A stretch of 53,077 nt of DNA from assembly GCA_003427395.1 (NCBI GenBank), contig BFEA01000040.1, positions 4,029,550 through 4,082,626 on the forward strand, given 5' to 3'. This document shows, in pieces, positions 1-13,367 of this stretch. Under the pieces are notes generated by a model, which worked only from the letters and a program-made list of their open reading frames with translations, was not told the DNA's origin and ran no database searches. The first letter of the stretch is position 1. Each line of letters opens with the position of its first letter. Source of the DNA: Chara braunii (taxonomy: Eukaryota; Plantae; Charophyceae). The translations under genes and the position numbers were made by a program.

Positions 1-960
1 GAAAAGGTGATTAGATGATGGGGGAAGAGAGAAAGAGGTTGGGGGGTAGTAGGTTAGTGGAGAGCAATGATACCAGGATCTTGGCTAGCCAAGAGCAACA
101 AGATCACCAAGATCCAATGGATCTTGGCCTTCAAGCAACCCCTTGGAAGAAGGGGTCTTCAAACTGCTACAAGCTGCCAGCACGGCAGAAAGATCTGATC
201 AGACTGATCAGATCTTCCAAGTGGAAAGTTTAGGAGAGATCTTGATCTCCCAAACTCATATTCTCCACGTGTAGTGCAGCCCCCTGGCAAGGGGGATCTT
301 CAAGTGCTACCATGTGGCACTCTCGTGGCCACGGGGAGGGAGAAAGGGGAGAGAGGGGAAATCCGTTTTTTGCCAATAACTTTTGATCCGCTGGGCGAAA
401 TTTGGCAAAAAAGGATTTTTTGGAAATTTTTTTCGAAGGTGCTTCCAACGAGATATGGCGCGACTTCAGCCGCGGCCTATAGAAATAGCGCTCGTCAAAA
501 AACCGAGCGCGCGCGGTTTTGGAGCTGGCGAAAAAAAAAAAACATTGCGATCTTTGAATGACCGTAGCTCCAAAACTAGAGCACAGAATTCAACGATCTA
601 TGGCTCGTTGGAAGCGGCTTGTCGAGAGCTTTCCAACAAGCTAAAGATGAAAAACTTCTGACACCGGATGCAGAAGTGATGAGTAAAACTATGCACCGGT
701 GTCATAATAAACGTGAAGTGGCGAGTTTTTTTGCTCAAGCCACGTGTGAAATGATGAAGGAGGTGGATGGGGGAGGGGAGCAGGGAGAAACGCCTGCTCT
801 GATACCAGTGTGCCGGGCCCGCCGGGATGGCGGTCCGACAGGATGGAGAAGAAGGGTGGACGAGGGAGGAGATAGAGATGGAGCTGGAAGGGACAGCGCA
901 GCTCCGACGTAGACTCCACACGCACGTACTCCAAGATCTGCGAAAGTGAAGAATGATCAA
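1..960. mobile_element. possible LTR-retrotransposon LTR/UTR fragment
   Basis: Non-coding; contains GGAAGCGGCTTGTCGAGAGCTTTCCAAC and CACGTG motifs reminiscent of plant LTR sequences; no termini, PBS or PPT seen. Confidence 0.25.
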
Positions 961-971
961 AAACAGACAAC

Positions 972-1304
972 TGTTGGGGTATACCCCCAGCGGACTGACT
1001 GACTGGACTGGACTGGCCTGGTACCGACAGTGGTACCGGTCAGGATTAGAACAACACACAGCCTGTGGGGTCAGGCCACGGCCTGGTCTCAGAGGCCGTA
1101 CTGGGCAAATAGCCAAATAGGCCCTGGCTGTAGGCCAGGGCAGATGAAGGTCCGCTGCACACAGGGATTGGTCCTGTTGGCATGGTCCTTGATGCTACCG
1201 GCTGTCCCCTAGCCGGTATCGCCCACCTGCAGGTCGGGAGCAGCCCCCGCATGTTCTCTCGTGAACACGGTTCTGGCTGCTACGGGGTTCCCCGTATGCT
1301 TACA
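972..1304 (+). repeat. dispersed non-autonomous repeat, TG...CA bounded, hairpins at both ends
   Basis: 5' part (GGGGTATACCCC, GGACT repeats, GGTACC) recurs inverted at 52925-53077; 3' part (GCCGGTAT.GCCCACCTGC...TACGGGGTTCCCCGTA...ACAATTA) recurs at ~11810-11961. Confidence 0.7.
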
Positions 1305-2070
1305 ATTAGGAGTAGTGGTAAGTAGGTAGTGTGAGGTGAAATTGAGAGAAGAATATAGCTTTTATAAAAAAAAAGGGGGGGTTATTCAATACCGAATAGA
1401 ATACCGACTTAGAAATATAATTTTGCAACTTGAATCTTTGATAGCAATGTAGAACTAATTCAGAAAAAGACAATGTTAATTAAGCAATCGATTCCCAAAT
1501 CAGAATTACCCTGTGACCAGATCCACTTAATTTGTCTGCTCCTATACCAAACTGTTGCATACTGGTGAATACATTGACCAAGTATGGGCAGAACCAAAGA
1601 TCAACCAATATAGGATGAGCATATATGCAGCGAAAGTCTGAGATATGGACCGACTCACATAGACTGAACTCACCTAGACATCACTCAACACACAAGCAAT
1701 CGTGAGATGGTGGGGCTGAAGCCATACATAGACGTTGCTTCAGGCCCATACACCCATACACAGATGAATGGTGAGAGGAGAGACAATGGAGGTGGGAGAT
1801 AGGGACAGCGTCAGATGTCACCGAAATAGAATCTAAAATGTCACCGATATAGTAGCCCAAAATGTCACTGAACAAAATCAGAATGTCATTGACATAAGTC
1901 ACCAATGTCGGAGGTACAGAATCCTAATGTATCCGATGTCCGATCTGTGATGCCGCCAAGTATCAATCCCAACTATCTCCAATGTCTCGAATCTGGTAAG
2001 TACCACATCCTCCTACCACCGAAGTCCGATCACTGACCTCTGTCCAAATTGTATCAATAGTCTCCAGTCT

Positions 2071-2098
2071 GAAGAAGAAGAAGAAGAAGAAGAAGAAG

Positions 2099-2129
<31 letters not shown>

Positions 2130-2157
2130 CTGAAGAAGAAGAAGAAGAAGAAGAAGA
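2071..2157. repeat. (GAA)n microsatellite
   Basis: direct observation. Confidence 0.95.
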
Positions 2158-3013
2158 GGTTTGGAAGAACTGGACAGCCACCGAACCCTCGTGGCAGCGA
2201 CTACACCTATCACACTTCAGAGTCCCTTACCAAGAACAAAATTTTGTCTTGGTGAATTCTGACGCCTGACAAACCCACCCGGAATGGCCTGGCCCCTCCC
2301 AACTCCTCCCGATTGGCATGCAGTCAACCCCTTCATCACCCAATCTCTATCCCTGATGAAACACAAGATCTCCTGCCTTCCCCAGGTTGAACCCAGCCCG
2401 GTCTAACCTCGTTTGGCTGCAGGAGGAAGAAGGCTGAATGACAGGAGTCTGAAGTTCCACAAGGAGGAGCCATGTGCAACAGCCCTCGACAAGCCAGCTA
2501 TACAGGAGGAATGAGGCAGCTGGGGACGACGGCGAAACAGAGGACACCTATAGAAGGGGGAGGACCCCGAAGTAATTCAACAAATACCACACACACAACC
2601 AGCACAAAGCGCACGGCAATATATCGAGTTGCGGAGGGTGGAGGTAGGGGAATGGGAGGTGTGCTTGCCTGCATGTGCCGAGAATTGGCAGATAGGTAGG
2701 TTAAACATAAGCTCTGTCATGTAGGCATTCTAGGTAGCAGAGTTCGCTTACCTGCATATACTGAGAGCAGCAGCATTTACACCTTAGACATACGCAAAAT
2801 GGTATAGACAAACAACTACAACTGATAGAGCAGAGGTTCATTCACAAATGCGGTTGGATGGGCAATCAAGTTAGCGGGGTGCGCTTTTCTGCAAGATCCC
2901 AGAGAAGGTAGAAATATAGGCTACTACAAACTCCCAGCAGAATAACTGTATGCTCAACACCACACTGCTACCATCTCTGTTAAAGCAACAATCCAGGTTA
3001 CCCGAAATGTTCA

Positions 3014-3114
3014 GGGAGGCTGGACCCCGTTTCCAGCAAGTGCTGCTCCCCACCAATAGATGGAACCTCCCCGAGAATGCTTGCGGTGCCTGCTCCTATC
3101 AGCACCCCTAGCAC
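3014..3114 (+). mobile_element. GGGAC three-hairpin element copy, followed by A-rich/(GAA)n tail
   Basis: GGGAGGCTGGACCCCGTTTCCAGC...GCTCCCCACCAATAGATGGA...GGTGCCTGCTCCTATCAGCACC matches the other copies. Confidence 0.8.
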
Positions 3115-3846
3115 ATCGCGGGTTGTTCTTTTCAACAAACAAAAAAAAAAAAGAAAAAAAAAAAAGAAGAAGAAGAAGAAGAAAAAGAAGAAGAAGAAGA
3201 AGAAGAAGAAGAAGAAGAAGACCTGAGAGAGGCAGAGCATCAATGGAGATGGGAGGAGCCCTAGGCCCTACCTGATGATGAAAGGTGGCGCCTTGGCGGT
3301 TGTTGGAGATGGCTGGGCCGCTTGGAGCTATGGGGCTCGCGGTGGCTGTCAGGTAAGTCTCTCTACTCGCTCTCTCTCTCTCTTCCACAGCCAGCGCTAC
3401 ACCTAGCGCTGCTGTCTAGAGCTGTGCTGGAACAGCAGTAGCACGGCGGTTGGCTCCTCAGTGCTGCCGCACTCCTCTCCCCGGAAATGGCTGTTGGCTG
3501 GGCCTAAATACCGGCCGGCAGCCAGTTCGTCCTCTGCCTCCCAAGGTGGCCTCCGATCTGAGCCGTCGGACCTATCGTCCGATCCGTGGTTCACGTCAGA
3601 CCGGTTTTTGGGAAAACAGGCTGCCTAAACGGCGGCGTGGTCCAAACGAAAACGTTTGGCCATTTCCCGCCCAGGGCATGCGGCTGCAGGGCCTGGTCTA
3701 GGACCGGTTGCCCAAGGCCAAAGGGGCAGCCTAAAACGGTCCGGCCTTTGGGCCGGCCTGGCCCGGATTATCGCGTCCAGGCCCTCGGAACCCCTCAGCC
3801 TAGTCGTCGGGCCTGAAAGGGCCCGTGTGGAATGCAGTATGTAACA

Positions 3847-3862
3847 GTGTGTGTGTGTGTGA

Positions 3863-3949
<87 letters not shown>
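3847..3949. repeat. compound (GT)n/(CA)n/(GA)n microsatellite
   Basis: direct observation. Confidence 0.95.
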
Positions 3950-3953
<4 letters not shown>

Positions 3954-4319
3954 GTTCCATCGATAGGATCAACATTCTTTTTCGAATGGATGTGTTTATC
4001 ATTTTTTTTCCTTTTCTTTTTTTTTGCCAGATCGTGCGCGAGTGAGATCGTCGAAGTTGTACAAGAAAGGAGAGCACAGCCAGCGACACGACATCCGAAT
4101 CACCTTCTTTTTTTTTTAGCTTATTCGTGCATGCATGTAACTGTTCCCGCATGTCAATGCCTCTTTTTTTCTCCCTCTCTTTCCATCTTTCGTGCCCTTT
4201 CCTTCTTCTCCCTCCCTGCCTTCTGCGCCGCAGCCACAGGGTCCACTTGTTACCATTAAAGGCCCTAGTTTGAGTAGGCCCTAAATGCATTTCAAAATGC
4301 AGTTTTTAATTCCAGTCCC

Positions 4320-5720
4320 GTGGGCCATGGGGCGTTTGCTATGCAGTCAAAACTCCGCTTTGCAGAAAAGTCGCACCGCAGAGTTTACTGCGTCCTGGAT
4401 CTTCCGCAGGTCCTGTTCCCGGTTGGGATAAGGGCCCAGCACAGTTACAACTGTTTCCTGTGTGTTCCAGTTGGCTGTGCTGTTGTCCCACAGATCCCCC
4501 ACTGTGTAGTGTAGACGCCCTTCTTAACCCATCGTAACCACTTGGATTTGTGTATACAGGAGAAGGGGGATCCTATGAGGTCTAGCAGTTGGGGATCATG
4601 GCCAACGAGAGGTTGCCGTCGAATCTCTTGCCACCTTAGCAGCACCTGTGTTCGTTTCGGGCTGTGGTCCCTCCATAAGCATCGCATTGATGGCCACATC
4701 GGGTCCGTATGCAGGTCCCATTTTGCTTGGCCTGCTGGGGTGCGGTCCGAGTCCACGTGCAAGCAGGCCGGAATGGACCAGGCCGGGTTAGTAAGCCAGT
4801 AGAGAGGGTGTACCAGGCGGTCCATAGGTGATGGAGGGCAAGGCAGGCGATCTGGATTTGTGCGTATGGGGCCTACTGGATGTCATTGCCCAGGAGCAAT
4901 CTGATAAGGAACTTGAATACCAGTGCCTTAGTTTCCCTGCTCGGATCGATAATGCCTAGAACACCTCTGGCCCTTGGCTGGATGAGTACCTCCTGGGCAG
5001 ACGCTTTATGAAGCGAACATCATTGTGATCGTTTTCCCCAAGGTACGCGGCAGTGGCTGCCTGTTTAAATCACCAGTACTTGGCCCAGCTATGGGCAGCG
5101 GAAAAAAATAGAGTAGAAACGTTTCTAGTTGGATGAATTTGGGCGCTCCTGTAGTGGCCCGTACATTTTCTAAAATCGCGTATCGTTAACGGGCACGACT
5201 TTAGGAAGCACTGGTGGTTTAAGTTTTGTGAGCTGTTTTTCGGTCAGTGGCCAGAAGGCCACCTTGTACCAGCTGGAGGCAAAAATAGAGTTGTTCTTTG
5301 CGAGGGCCCAGCCAACGAGAGATGTTGGTTTGGTGTCCCAGCGTGTCATCCGTTGTCTTGCCAGCTCTCCACTAATGTGTTCCCATGGTTTGGGGGTGGG
5401 CCAAGAGCCGTCAGGTTGACCCCCAGCACTCTTATTGCTGCGTTCTTTTCTCTCCACGCGACCGGGGGATCGGGCGGCGGCTGCGCTTCGAGGTGGTGCA
5501 GCCACCCACCAACCTTCGGGTTTGGTGCCCCAGTTGACCTTCATGTCCACCGCAACCTCGAAGAAGTGAATAGAATGTGCCAATGTTTGGAAGCTCTCTG
5601 CATTGGCCCTATACAGGACTGTGAGGTCATCGGCAAAAAGCGAGGTTGTGCGGACACCCTGATCTCGGATTGGAAGATTGAATTTCCCGTTCAGAAGCTG
5701 ATGTAGGATATGCAGGCCCC
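4320..5720 (-). pseudogene. L1-like LINE ORF2 remnant (RT C-terminal half)
   Basis: Minus translation gives TTSLFADDLTVL (FADD catalytic motif at ~5624-5640), MKVNWGTK, RGVLGIID (GGLG-like) and W..KG motifs; frameshifts and stops; interrupted by a TTAA MITE. A weaker ALDLK-like remnant lies near 6000. Confidence 0.75.
5069..5218. mobile_element. TTAA-targeting MITE (TIR ACCACCAGTAC-like)
   Basis: TTAA on both sides (5065-5068, 5219-5222); removal restores LINE frame KQLTKLKQAATAAYLG; homologues at 37317, 38964, 42352. Confidence 0.85.
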
Positions 5721-6352
5721 TGCTTCAGAATCTTCCATAACAGGAAGGAAGGCTGCAACAGAGAGGACCTCAACCCTTCTCTCGCCTGTGGCGAAGACAA
5801 GTTGTGTGCCACTGCTACCATGTGCCCCACTTGGGGAGGCTTAGTTCTAGTTTCGAGTAATTCTTGACGTAGTCACACTGTGGCGGTGAGATTTCCAGAA
5901 CAGATGGCAGCGACCCATGGATGCTCGAAACCGGAACCAAACTTCCTGAAGTGGGGCACGGCCCTGGGGACGCAGCTGCTGCGGAACTGTTTTTCAAGTC
6001 CAGTGCGGAAAATCCCAGAGATCTGATATACTAAACGGCACCCTGTCTTGCTGACCAGCTTTCCCCAAAAGCTCCAGTACCAACAAAGGCAAACTTTAAG
6101 GCGGTCCAGATTCATCAACATTGTAGGGAGTTACTACCCAAAATAGGTGGGCCCAAAGTTTCTGTCATAGGTGGGCACAGGGGAGCTATGAGAAGTATCT
6201 CAGACTGGTTTATTATATCAGAGTGGGCTATAGGAGGTAGTACTGCTAGCAATACCACGGGCATCTGGCGGCCAATTTCTGGCCGAAGAGGCAGTACTCC
6301 TTTCTCCATACTTCCTGTTTCTTTGAATCATGTATCAGTAACAGTTGTATGA

Positions 6353-6454
6353 GGGACGCTGGACCCGTCTTCCAGCAGGTGCAGCTCCCCACCAATGGAA
6401 TGGAGCCAGTAGCTGGGCTGTTAGTGGTGGATGCTCATAGCAACACCACTAGCA
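6353..6454 (+). mobile_element. GGGAC three-hairpin element copy, poly-A at 6473-6492
   Basis: similarity to the family. Confidence 0.8.
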
Positions 6455-6681
6455 GTCGCAGCCGCTATTCTGAAAAAAAAAAAAAAAAAAAAGGGCGGGG
6501 GGGCTCCTAGAGGGAATGATTCTCCTCCATTTCTTCCGAACACCTATCCATACATACTTCGGTGGAGTGACACACTGAGCCTGGCTCCACTGCTGACCAC
6601 ATGCAGAAAAGACAATTTTTTTTTTTTTTTTTTTTTTTATGATTATTATTTATTTATTTATTTATTTATTTTTAAGGAAAA

Positions 6682-6734
6682 GCTCCATCTATTGGTGGGG
6701 AGCAGCACCTGCTGGAAACCGGGTCCAGCGTCCC
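6682..6734 (-). mobile_element. GGGAC element, partial (hairpins 1-2), T-rich tract on its 3' side; extra 5' fragment at 6772-6792
   Basis: GCTCCATCTATTGGTGGGGAGCAGCACCTGCTGGAAACCGGGTCCAGCGTCCC. Confidence 0.8.
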
Positions 6735-6879
6735 ATAGATACAACTTTTCCTCACAGGTTGGCACAAAACTGGGAACCGGGCCCAGCGTCCCATCACGAA
6801 TACATTCGGAAAATTCCATCAGAACTTGCATGAGTAAAAACCAGGAACTACTAGAAAAATCTAATTATAACTATGTGTT

Positions 6880-7230
6880 TTGGTTTGAAATAGGACTTCA
6901 ACTTTCCATCTCCCTTCGACGAGCCGACCTCCTCCACCACATAGTTCGAAGGGAGAGAAGAAAGTAATCAGTCCAGAAACAAAGTCTGAACAAGTCTGAG
7001 AACAATTAGCTTCCTGCTTGCTATGCCTAGCAACCCCCTGCTTTTCCTCATCTCCCGACGAGCTGACCTCCTCCACCACATAGTTCGGAAGATAAGAAAC
7101 AGCAGACAATCAACCTCTCCAAAACCCCTATGGTTAAGAATGGACTTCAATTTTCCATTTCCCTTCGACGAGCTGACCTCCTCCACCACGTAGTTCAAAG
7201 AGAGAGAAGATAATTGGAGTCCAGTCAAAG
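6880..7230. repeat. local triplication of CGACGAGCTGACCTCCTCCACCACATAGTTC unit
   Basis: three near-identical ~35-bp cores at ~6915, ~7055 and ~7165. Confidence 0.85.
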
Positions 7231-7989
7231 AATTGAGAATATGTCATCAGATCTTTTTTGACAACGCCGTAAAAAGGATACACTTCCATTGGTCACAGCT
7301 CAAACCAATCCCTACCCACTATACCTTGTCTCATGCTGCCTCCACCGAGGAAAATCCCTCGGCCCCAACATAAAACAGATCCCCTCCCCTCCCACCACCA
7401 CCTCCGCAACGGCAACCAATCCCCTCCTAGAGGCTGCCTTTGCCCACCCCTTGTCCCTATCTGCCCCCGCTGGGGTTGAAGGCGACCAACTCTCCAACCC
7501 CGGCCCCAGACTCAGACAATCCCCAATCTGCCCTACTCCCAATAGGGCTACTGCCTCCCACCATGCAACACCCCTGTAGAATAAGGCTCCCCTATAACAG
7601 ACCCCAGGGTTAATTTTCCGGGGACAGCTAACTAGTAGTCTATACCCACAACTGGCCAGCCCTATCTGTCCTTCCCCTAGCTTACCCAAGGCCAGGCGGA
7701 GCCCAGGCTGACAGTCTTACCATCCTTCCCCTGGCTTGTCCCCTAACTTAGGCCAGGCGGATCTCAGACCTACTGTGGGTAACTACCGTATATCTATACC
7801 CTGGAGTCTCAAACCCCCCCTGCCTACCAAAGTTCTAGCCATAACCTCCGAAGTCCTATCCCCACTACAGCGTCTGCAAAAGCTCATGAAAAAAACGAAA
7901 CAAAGGGGGACCATGCAAGGCAAAACCCAGTGGCGAAATTGCTAAACAATCCCAACATGAAAACGTTATGTCTGAAATTTCTGCTACAA

Positions 7990-9130
7990 ATAGTCGTAAT
8001 CAAGAAGTAAGTAATCAAGAAGTAAGTAATCAAGGAATAGGTGATCGAGATATAGGTAGTCGGGATATAGGTAATCAAGATATAGGTAATCTAGATATAG
8101 GTAATCAAGATATAGCTAATCAGGATGTAAATATTTATGACTATTAAAAGGTTTTCGGATTGATATTTAATATTGATGATGGGAGTGATAATGATCGAAA
8201 TGTTATAGATGACTATTTGAGTGAATCGGTAGCCTAAAGATAGTGGTGGCGATCAACTTCGCCTACAGATGGTAGCTGTGAGGATGATAGTGTTGATGAT
8301 CGTGATACAACAGATGCTAGCTGTGAGGATAACAGTGTTGATGATCGTGATACTACAGATGGTGAAAATCACTATAGAAATGACTAAACACCCAAAGAGA
8401 TGTAATGATGATAAGGATGTGGACTAATTATCTATTATGTTGATGACGATCGCCTTGCCCTGTCGTCCACATCGCCCGACATACTCGAATTTCATGGCGC
8501 ACCCTGAATCTTCGATATCTCATGATCCACTGGACCATTTGATCTGAAATTTGGGCCACCTCAGCTCCTCGACATAGACCACCGGTGGTCCAATTTTCAG
8601 GTCAGGGCGCGTTCCCAATCGCGCGCAATCGTCGAGCGCGCGTGCGCTATTTGCCTTGCTGCGTGCAGTTTTCCAACGCGCACCGTATGACGAGGAATCG
8701 AGGATGATGATATTGCTAATAACGTGCACCTATGATGATGCACTGGTGATGATAATAATAGGGATGAAACAGCGCCCCTAAAATAGTAAAACATTGATGA
8801 GGGCAATATTGATGACGATGCCAACGAGCGGCCGCAATAGTGATGATGACATTGATGAGGGCAATATTGATGACGATGCCAACGAGCGGCTGCAATAGTG
8901 ATGATGGTAAAGACCACAGCCCCAACATGACGGTGCTGTCACGTACATTGTTTCTAATACCAATGACGAGATGTTGCTAACAAGCTGCACGCGGGTCCTG
9001 TTACCGCCTTGATGATGATGAAGAGCAGCACCCTGATGACGATGACGAACAGCCCTGATGATGATAACAAAACCTTTACCATGGTGACGAGCCTCCCTGA
9101 TGCCGATGGACGAGGACACTGATGATAACA
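7990..9130. repeat. low-complexity GAT-rich region with GTAATCAAGA minisatellite and ~60-bp tandem duplication (~8790-8907)
   Basis: direct observation. Confidence 0.8.
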
Positions 9131-9825
9131 GGTAGCTACTCCACTCGCACTTCGGGTCACGCAAGGCTTACTCCGCTGAACTCCACAGGCATCCCCAGAG
9201 AGGACACCTCACAAGCTCTATGCCACGGGCAAAAACACAGCAGCAATGGAGTATGAACGCGGAACTCCCAGAAAGCCTCCGGGAGTCAGTCTATTCTCCC
9301 TATCAACCTGTGATACGGTATAGACAAGTACCTTCACTCCCCGCGCGTGCGCAAAACGCCTAGTAAGCAGCTACCGTAAGCTCGACACCCAGCCCAACAA
9401 CTCCTCTGTTACCCCACCAGCTCTTCTGTCTCGCCATCGCCATGCACCACGTCGTCCGTTTGAGCGCGCCAGAGCGGAGCCGGTTCGAGCCAGGCATGCT
9501 CCCGCTTCACCGCCTCTCTCCGCCGCCGTGGTTGGTGCCGGGGCGCAGCGCTCCCAGTAGTGCTGCGCCCCCCAGTGCCCCGCAGAAGGCTGGTGTTCAC
9601 CATCGTGTGCCTGTCAACTCAAGACGAAAAATATAGCGGTGTATATTCCCACGTTCTAGGGGAAGATCCATTCTCATTTTGCACATTTGGCAAGTAGTCG
9701 AGGGAGGCCCTATCTTATGAGAGGCAGTGGTAGCTAGTGAAAATGTTATACCCGGCGGTCCCTAAGGGACTGAAGAGGCCATTGTGGCTTCTCGGTTATC
9801 TGTCCTCATCCTTGAATATTATCAT

Positions 9826-9950
9826 TGGAGGCTGGCCCCGGTTTCCAGCACTGTGATTTTTTCTGATGATCTCACAAGCTAAGCTGGCTGAGGCTGCCAG
9901 TGTGTCTCGTCCACTCTATTCTTCCGGGTAAACTGTGAGGACCCCGGCCT
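9826..9950 (+). mobile_element. GGGAC-head variant ending CCGGGTARACTGTGAGGACCCCGRCCTC
   Basis: same head and tail at 36265-36333; tail alone inverted at 51146-51173. Confidence 0.65.
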
Positions 9951-10856
9951 CAAATTCTATTTCTTGAATAATACAAGCCTTGGGCACTGGGCCGGTTGTT
10001 TAAAAAAAAAAAAAAAGAGGCCCTCTCTCCCTTTCCGAGACACTGGGCTTGGCCAACCTTTTGTTAATGACAGGGAAAAAAAAGGGGTAGCAGTGGTGAG
10101 CCCCTCCAAAATTGAATTTGGTGAGAAGTAGAGTGAGGCCCTCGGACGAATTACGACTTCTTGCACAGACAGGGTAGGAGGGGAAAGGGAAGGATGGATC
10201 GCAAAGGTAGAATGGAGTGGGGGATCAGGGAGAAAAAAAAAAAGAAAAAAAAAGAAAAAGGGAGAAGGGTTGCGAGAGTTAGAAAGAATGAGAGATTACC
10301 GCTTAGTGTTCAAAGACTGGACTAACATAGAGCCCTCGTTCCCATTACGCCCTCCCTCGGATTTCCTAGATCCCTTCCCGCCCCACACCCTGTCACTGGC
10401 AGAGATCTTGTTCTAAATGTGTCACTGATAATCTGTCTCCTTCACAATCCTCCCTGGAGCCCCCAGGGGAGGTCCCCGCTCATCCTATATTTTTCTGCCT
10501 TTTCAGTGGAGAAGTCAATGGGTTACTTGAGCAACTGGCAACATCGACCAGGGTTTGGAGTGAGCAGCAGCCTTTGAATGGTATCAGTTTTCAACGACTT
10601 ATCTGGCGCCCTTCGGCTGTGGGTGAAGAGATACGGAAGGCAATGGTGGATCTCCAAGCTCAAAATGGACTACAACACACTCTACTGGCCGGCCAACAGC
10701 TGGTGATCCCTCTAAACTCACAATAGATTACAGTATTGGACATTCTACTGGCCCGCTCAGTCAATCCCCTGGGTCGAAGGGCAATCAATGCTGGCAGGGC
10801 CCACAGCCATTATTCTCATTTTTTCTCAGATATTTGCAGACATTCTTTTGTAAAAA

Positions 10857-10937
10857 GGGACGCTGGGCCCGATTTCCAGCAGGTGATGCTTCCCACCAAT
10901 AGATGGAGTCCCTCCCCAAGTGTTAGAAGTGTCTGCT
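10857..10937 (+). mobile_element. GGGAC three-hairpin element copy truncated by gap
   Basis: similarity to the family. Confidence 0.8.
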
Positions 10938-11589
10938 NNNNNNNNNNNNNNNNNNNNNNNNNNNNNNNNNNNNNNNNNNNNNNNNNNNNNNNNNNNNNNN
11001 NNNNNNNNNNNNNNNNNNNNNNNNNNNNNNNNNNNNNNNNNNNNNNNNNNNNNNNNNNNNNNNNNNNNNNNNNNNNNNNNNNNNNNNNNNNNNNNNNNNN
11101 NNNNNNNNNNNNNNNNNNNNNNNNNNNNNNNNNNNNNNNNNNNNNNNNNNNNNNNNNNNNNNNNNNNNNNNNNNNNNNNNNNNNNNNNNNNNNNNNNNNN
11201 NNNNNNNNNNNNNNNNNNNNNNNNNNNNNNNNNNNNNNNNNNNNNNNNNNNNNNNNNNNNNNNNNNNNNNNNNNNNNNNNNNNNNNNNNNNNNNNNNNNN
11301 NNNNNNNNNNNNNNNNNNNNNNNNNNNNNNNNNNNNNNNNNNNNNNNNNNNNNNNNNNNNNNNNNNNNNNNNNNNNNNNNNNNNNNNNNNNNNNNNNNNN
11401 NNNNNNNNNNNNNNNNNNNNNNNNNNNNNNNNNNNNNNNNNNNNNNNNNNNNNNNNNNNNNNNNNNNNNNNNNNNNNNNNNNNNNNNNNNNNNNNNNNNN
11501 NNNNNNNNNNNNNNNNNNNNNNNNNNNNNNNNTTTTTTTTGTAAAAAGGGCTGTCCCTGAAAGTGCCAAAACCTACCTGCCACATCCAG

Positions 11590-11960
11590 TGGCCTAGCTC
11601 AGTTGGTAAGGCACGCAAGTGGCATTCGGGAGGTCTTGGGTTCAATCCCCATTGGCCTCATGTACCTTCCTGGGCAAGCTTGGTGCCCCCCACCTAGAGA
11701 TATGCCGTTGGTCCCCCCGAGTGGCATTGAGCAGAGACTGCTGATGTTCATAGGGGGAGAGGACCGGAGGGGAGGCACAGTGACTGGCCCATCGAAGAAG
11801 CTCGGCCCTGATGCTACTGGCTGACCCCTGGCCGGTATTGCCCACCTGCTGTAGCAGGTATCGCACCTGCTGGTGTGTGCAACTCCCGCATGTTCCCTCG
11901 TTGGAGGCTTGAGCACGGATGTGACTGCTACGGGGTTCCCCGTAATACTATATGACAATT
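11590..11960 (+). mobile_element. tRNA-derived SINE
   Basis: A box TAGCTCAGTTGG, B box GGTTCAATCCC in a tRNA-like head without a proper cloverleaf, followed by body shared with 1190-1304; head homologues at 13368 and 35341. Confidence 0.75.
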
Positions 11961-12093
11961 AAAAAAGGCCTGAAAGGCCATCCTGTCCAGATTTGACAGG
12001 TAATTGAATTGGTTGGGCTTAAAGAATAAGACTTATAAAAAACAAAAAAAAAACTACCTGCCACCCCAACTGTTTGGGTTGGAAGTAGTGCAA

Positions 12094-12274
12094 TCCCCCG
12101 AACACAATGCATAAAGGTTGCTTTCTATTCGAATACAAAGCGCGTGCGTTCTATTTGAGCAGCCGTGATATTTATGGAAACTCGAATACAACACATATAA
12201 CTCTGTATTCTATTCATCGATGTTTTTGGAAAACTCGAATACAACGCGTATGTGTTCTGTCTGGGAGAAGACGG
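12094..12274. mobile_element. degenerate pogo/Tc1-mariner-like MITE
   Basis: CCCCCGAACACAA ... GGGAGAAGACGG|TA. Confidence 0.55.
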
Positions 12275-13367
12275 TAGGTGCGTAAGTACACCAGAGTGGG
12301 ATTGATTCACAGAAGATCCTCTCAGTCTGAGAGCAGAGATTCAGTATAAAAGATGCCCAGTCTCCTTTTTTTTTTCTTTTTTTCTTTTTTTCTTTTTTTT
12401 TCAATCTCGCAGTGCTGATCACTGCTTTTTCTTTTTCTTTTTCTCCCGGTACTGACCACGTTGTGTGTGGCGAACGGGGGGATGACTCAGACTCAGCTCC
12501 ATCACTGGTTGAGGCATGTGCAGAGCTGACTTGCTGGCAGCGCCATAACTGGGAGCCTCAGCCACTCACGCAAGTGGGACAAACTCGATGGGAACATGCA
12601 TCACGTGGGAACAGTCTTAGCACTTTTTTACTTATTTCTGGACGGAATTGCAGCCAGATGCATACACATTTGGCCGGAAATGCCGTCAGATACAGTTTAG
12701 ATAGTGCTAGTGTGAGTACGCCCATAGAGCCGAAAGGGTTCACACTATTCTGTCTACGATGAACTTCACCACAGGAGCAGTAGGCCACCGACAGACGTTC
12801 CCCAAAAAAAAAAAGAACAAAAAAATGACAGATGAAGGTCATGGGTCCCCCACACCGGCGGCCCCACCACATCCTTGACCACCANNNNNNNNNNNNNNNN
12901 NNNNNNNNNNNNNNNNNNNNNNNNNNNNNNNNNNNNNNNNNNNNNNNNNNNNNNNNNNNNNNNNNNNNNNNNNNNNNNNNNNNNNNNNNNNNNNNNNNNN
13001 NNNNNNNNNNNNNNNNNNNNNNNNNNNNNNNNNNNNNNNNNNNNNNNNNNNNNNNNNNNNNNNNNNNNNNNNNNNNNNNNNNNNNNNNNNNNNNNNNNNN
13101 NNNNNNNNNNNNNNNNNNNNNNNNNNNNNNNNNNNNNNNNNNNNNNNNNNNNNNNNNNNNNNNNNNNNNNNNNNNNNNNNNNNNNNNNNNNNNNNNNNNN
13201 NNNNNNNNNNNNNNNNNNNNNNNNNNNNNNNNNNNNNNNNNNNNNNNNNNNNNNNNNNNNNNNNNNNNNNNNNNNNNNNNNNNNNNNNNNNNNNNNNNNN
13301 NNNNNNNNNNNNNNNNNNNNNNNNNNNNNNNNNNNNNNNAAAAAAAAAAAAAAAAAAAAAAACATCT

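Noticed and set aside
6880-7230. CRISPR-like repeat-spacer array
   Set aside because: Only three units, spacers >100 bp and partly homologous, eukaryotic context, no cas genes.
11590-11660. Functional tRNA genes (also 35341, 38879, ~37160, ~41800)
   Set aside because: A/B boxes present but acceptor/anticodon stems do not pair; SINE heads or decayed copies.
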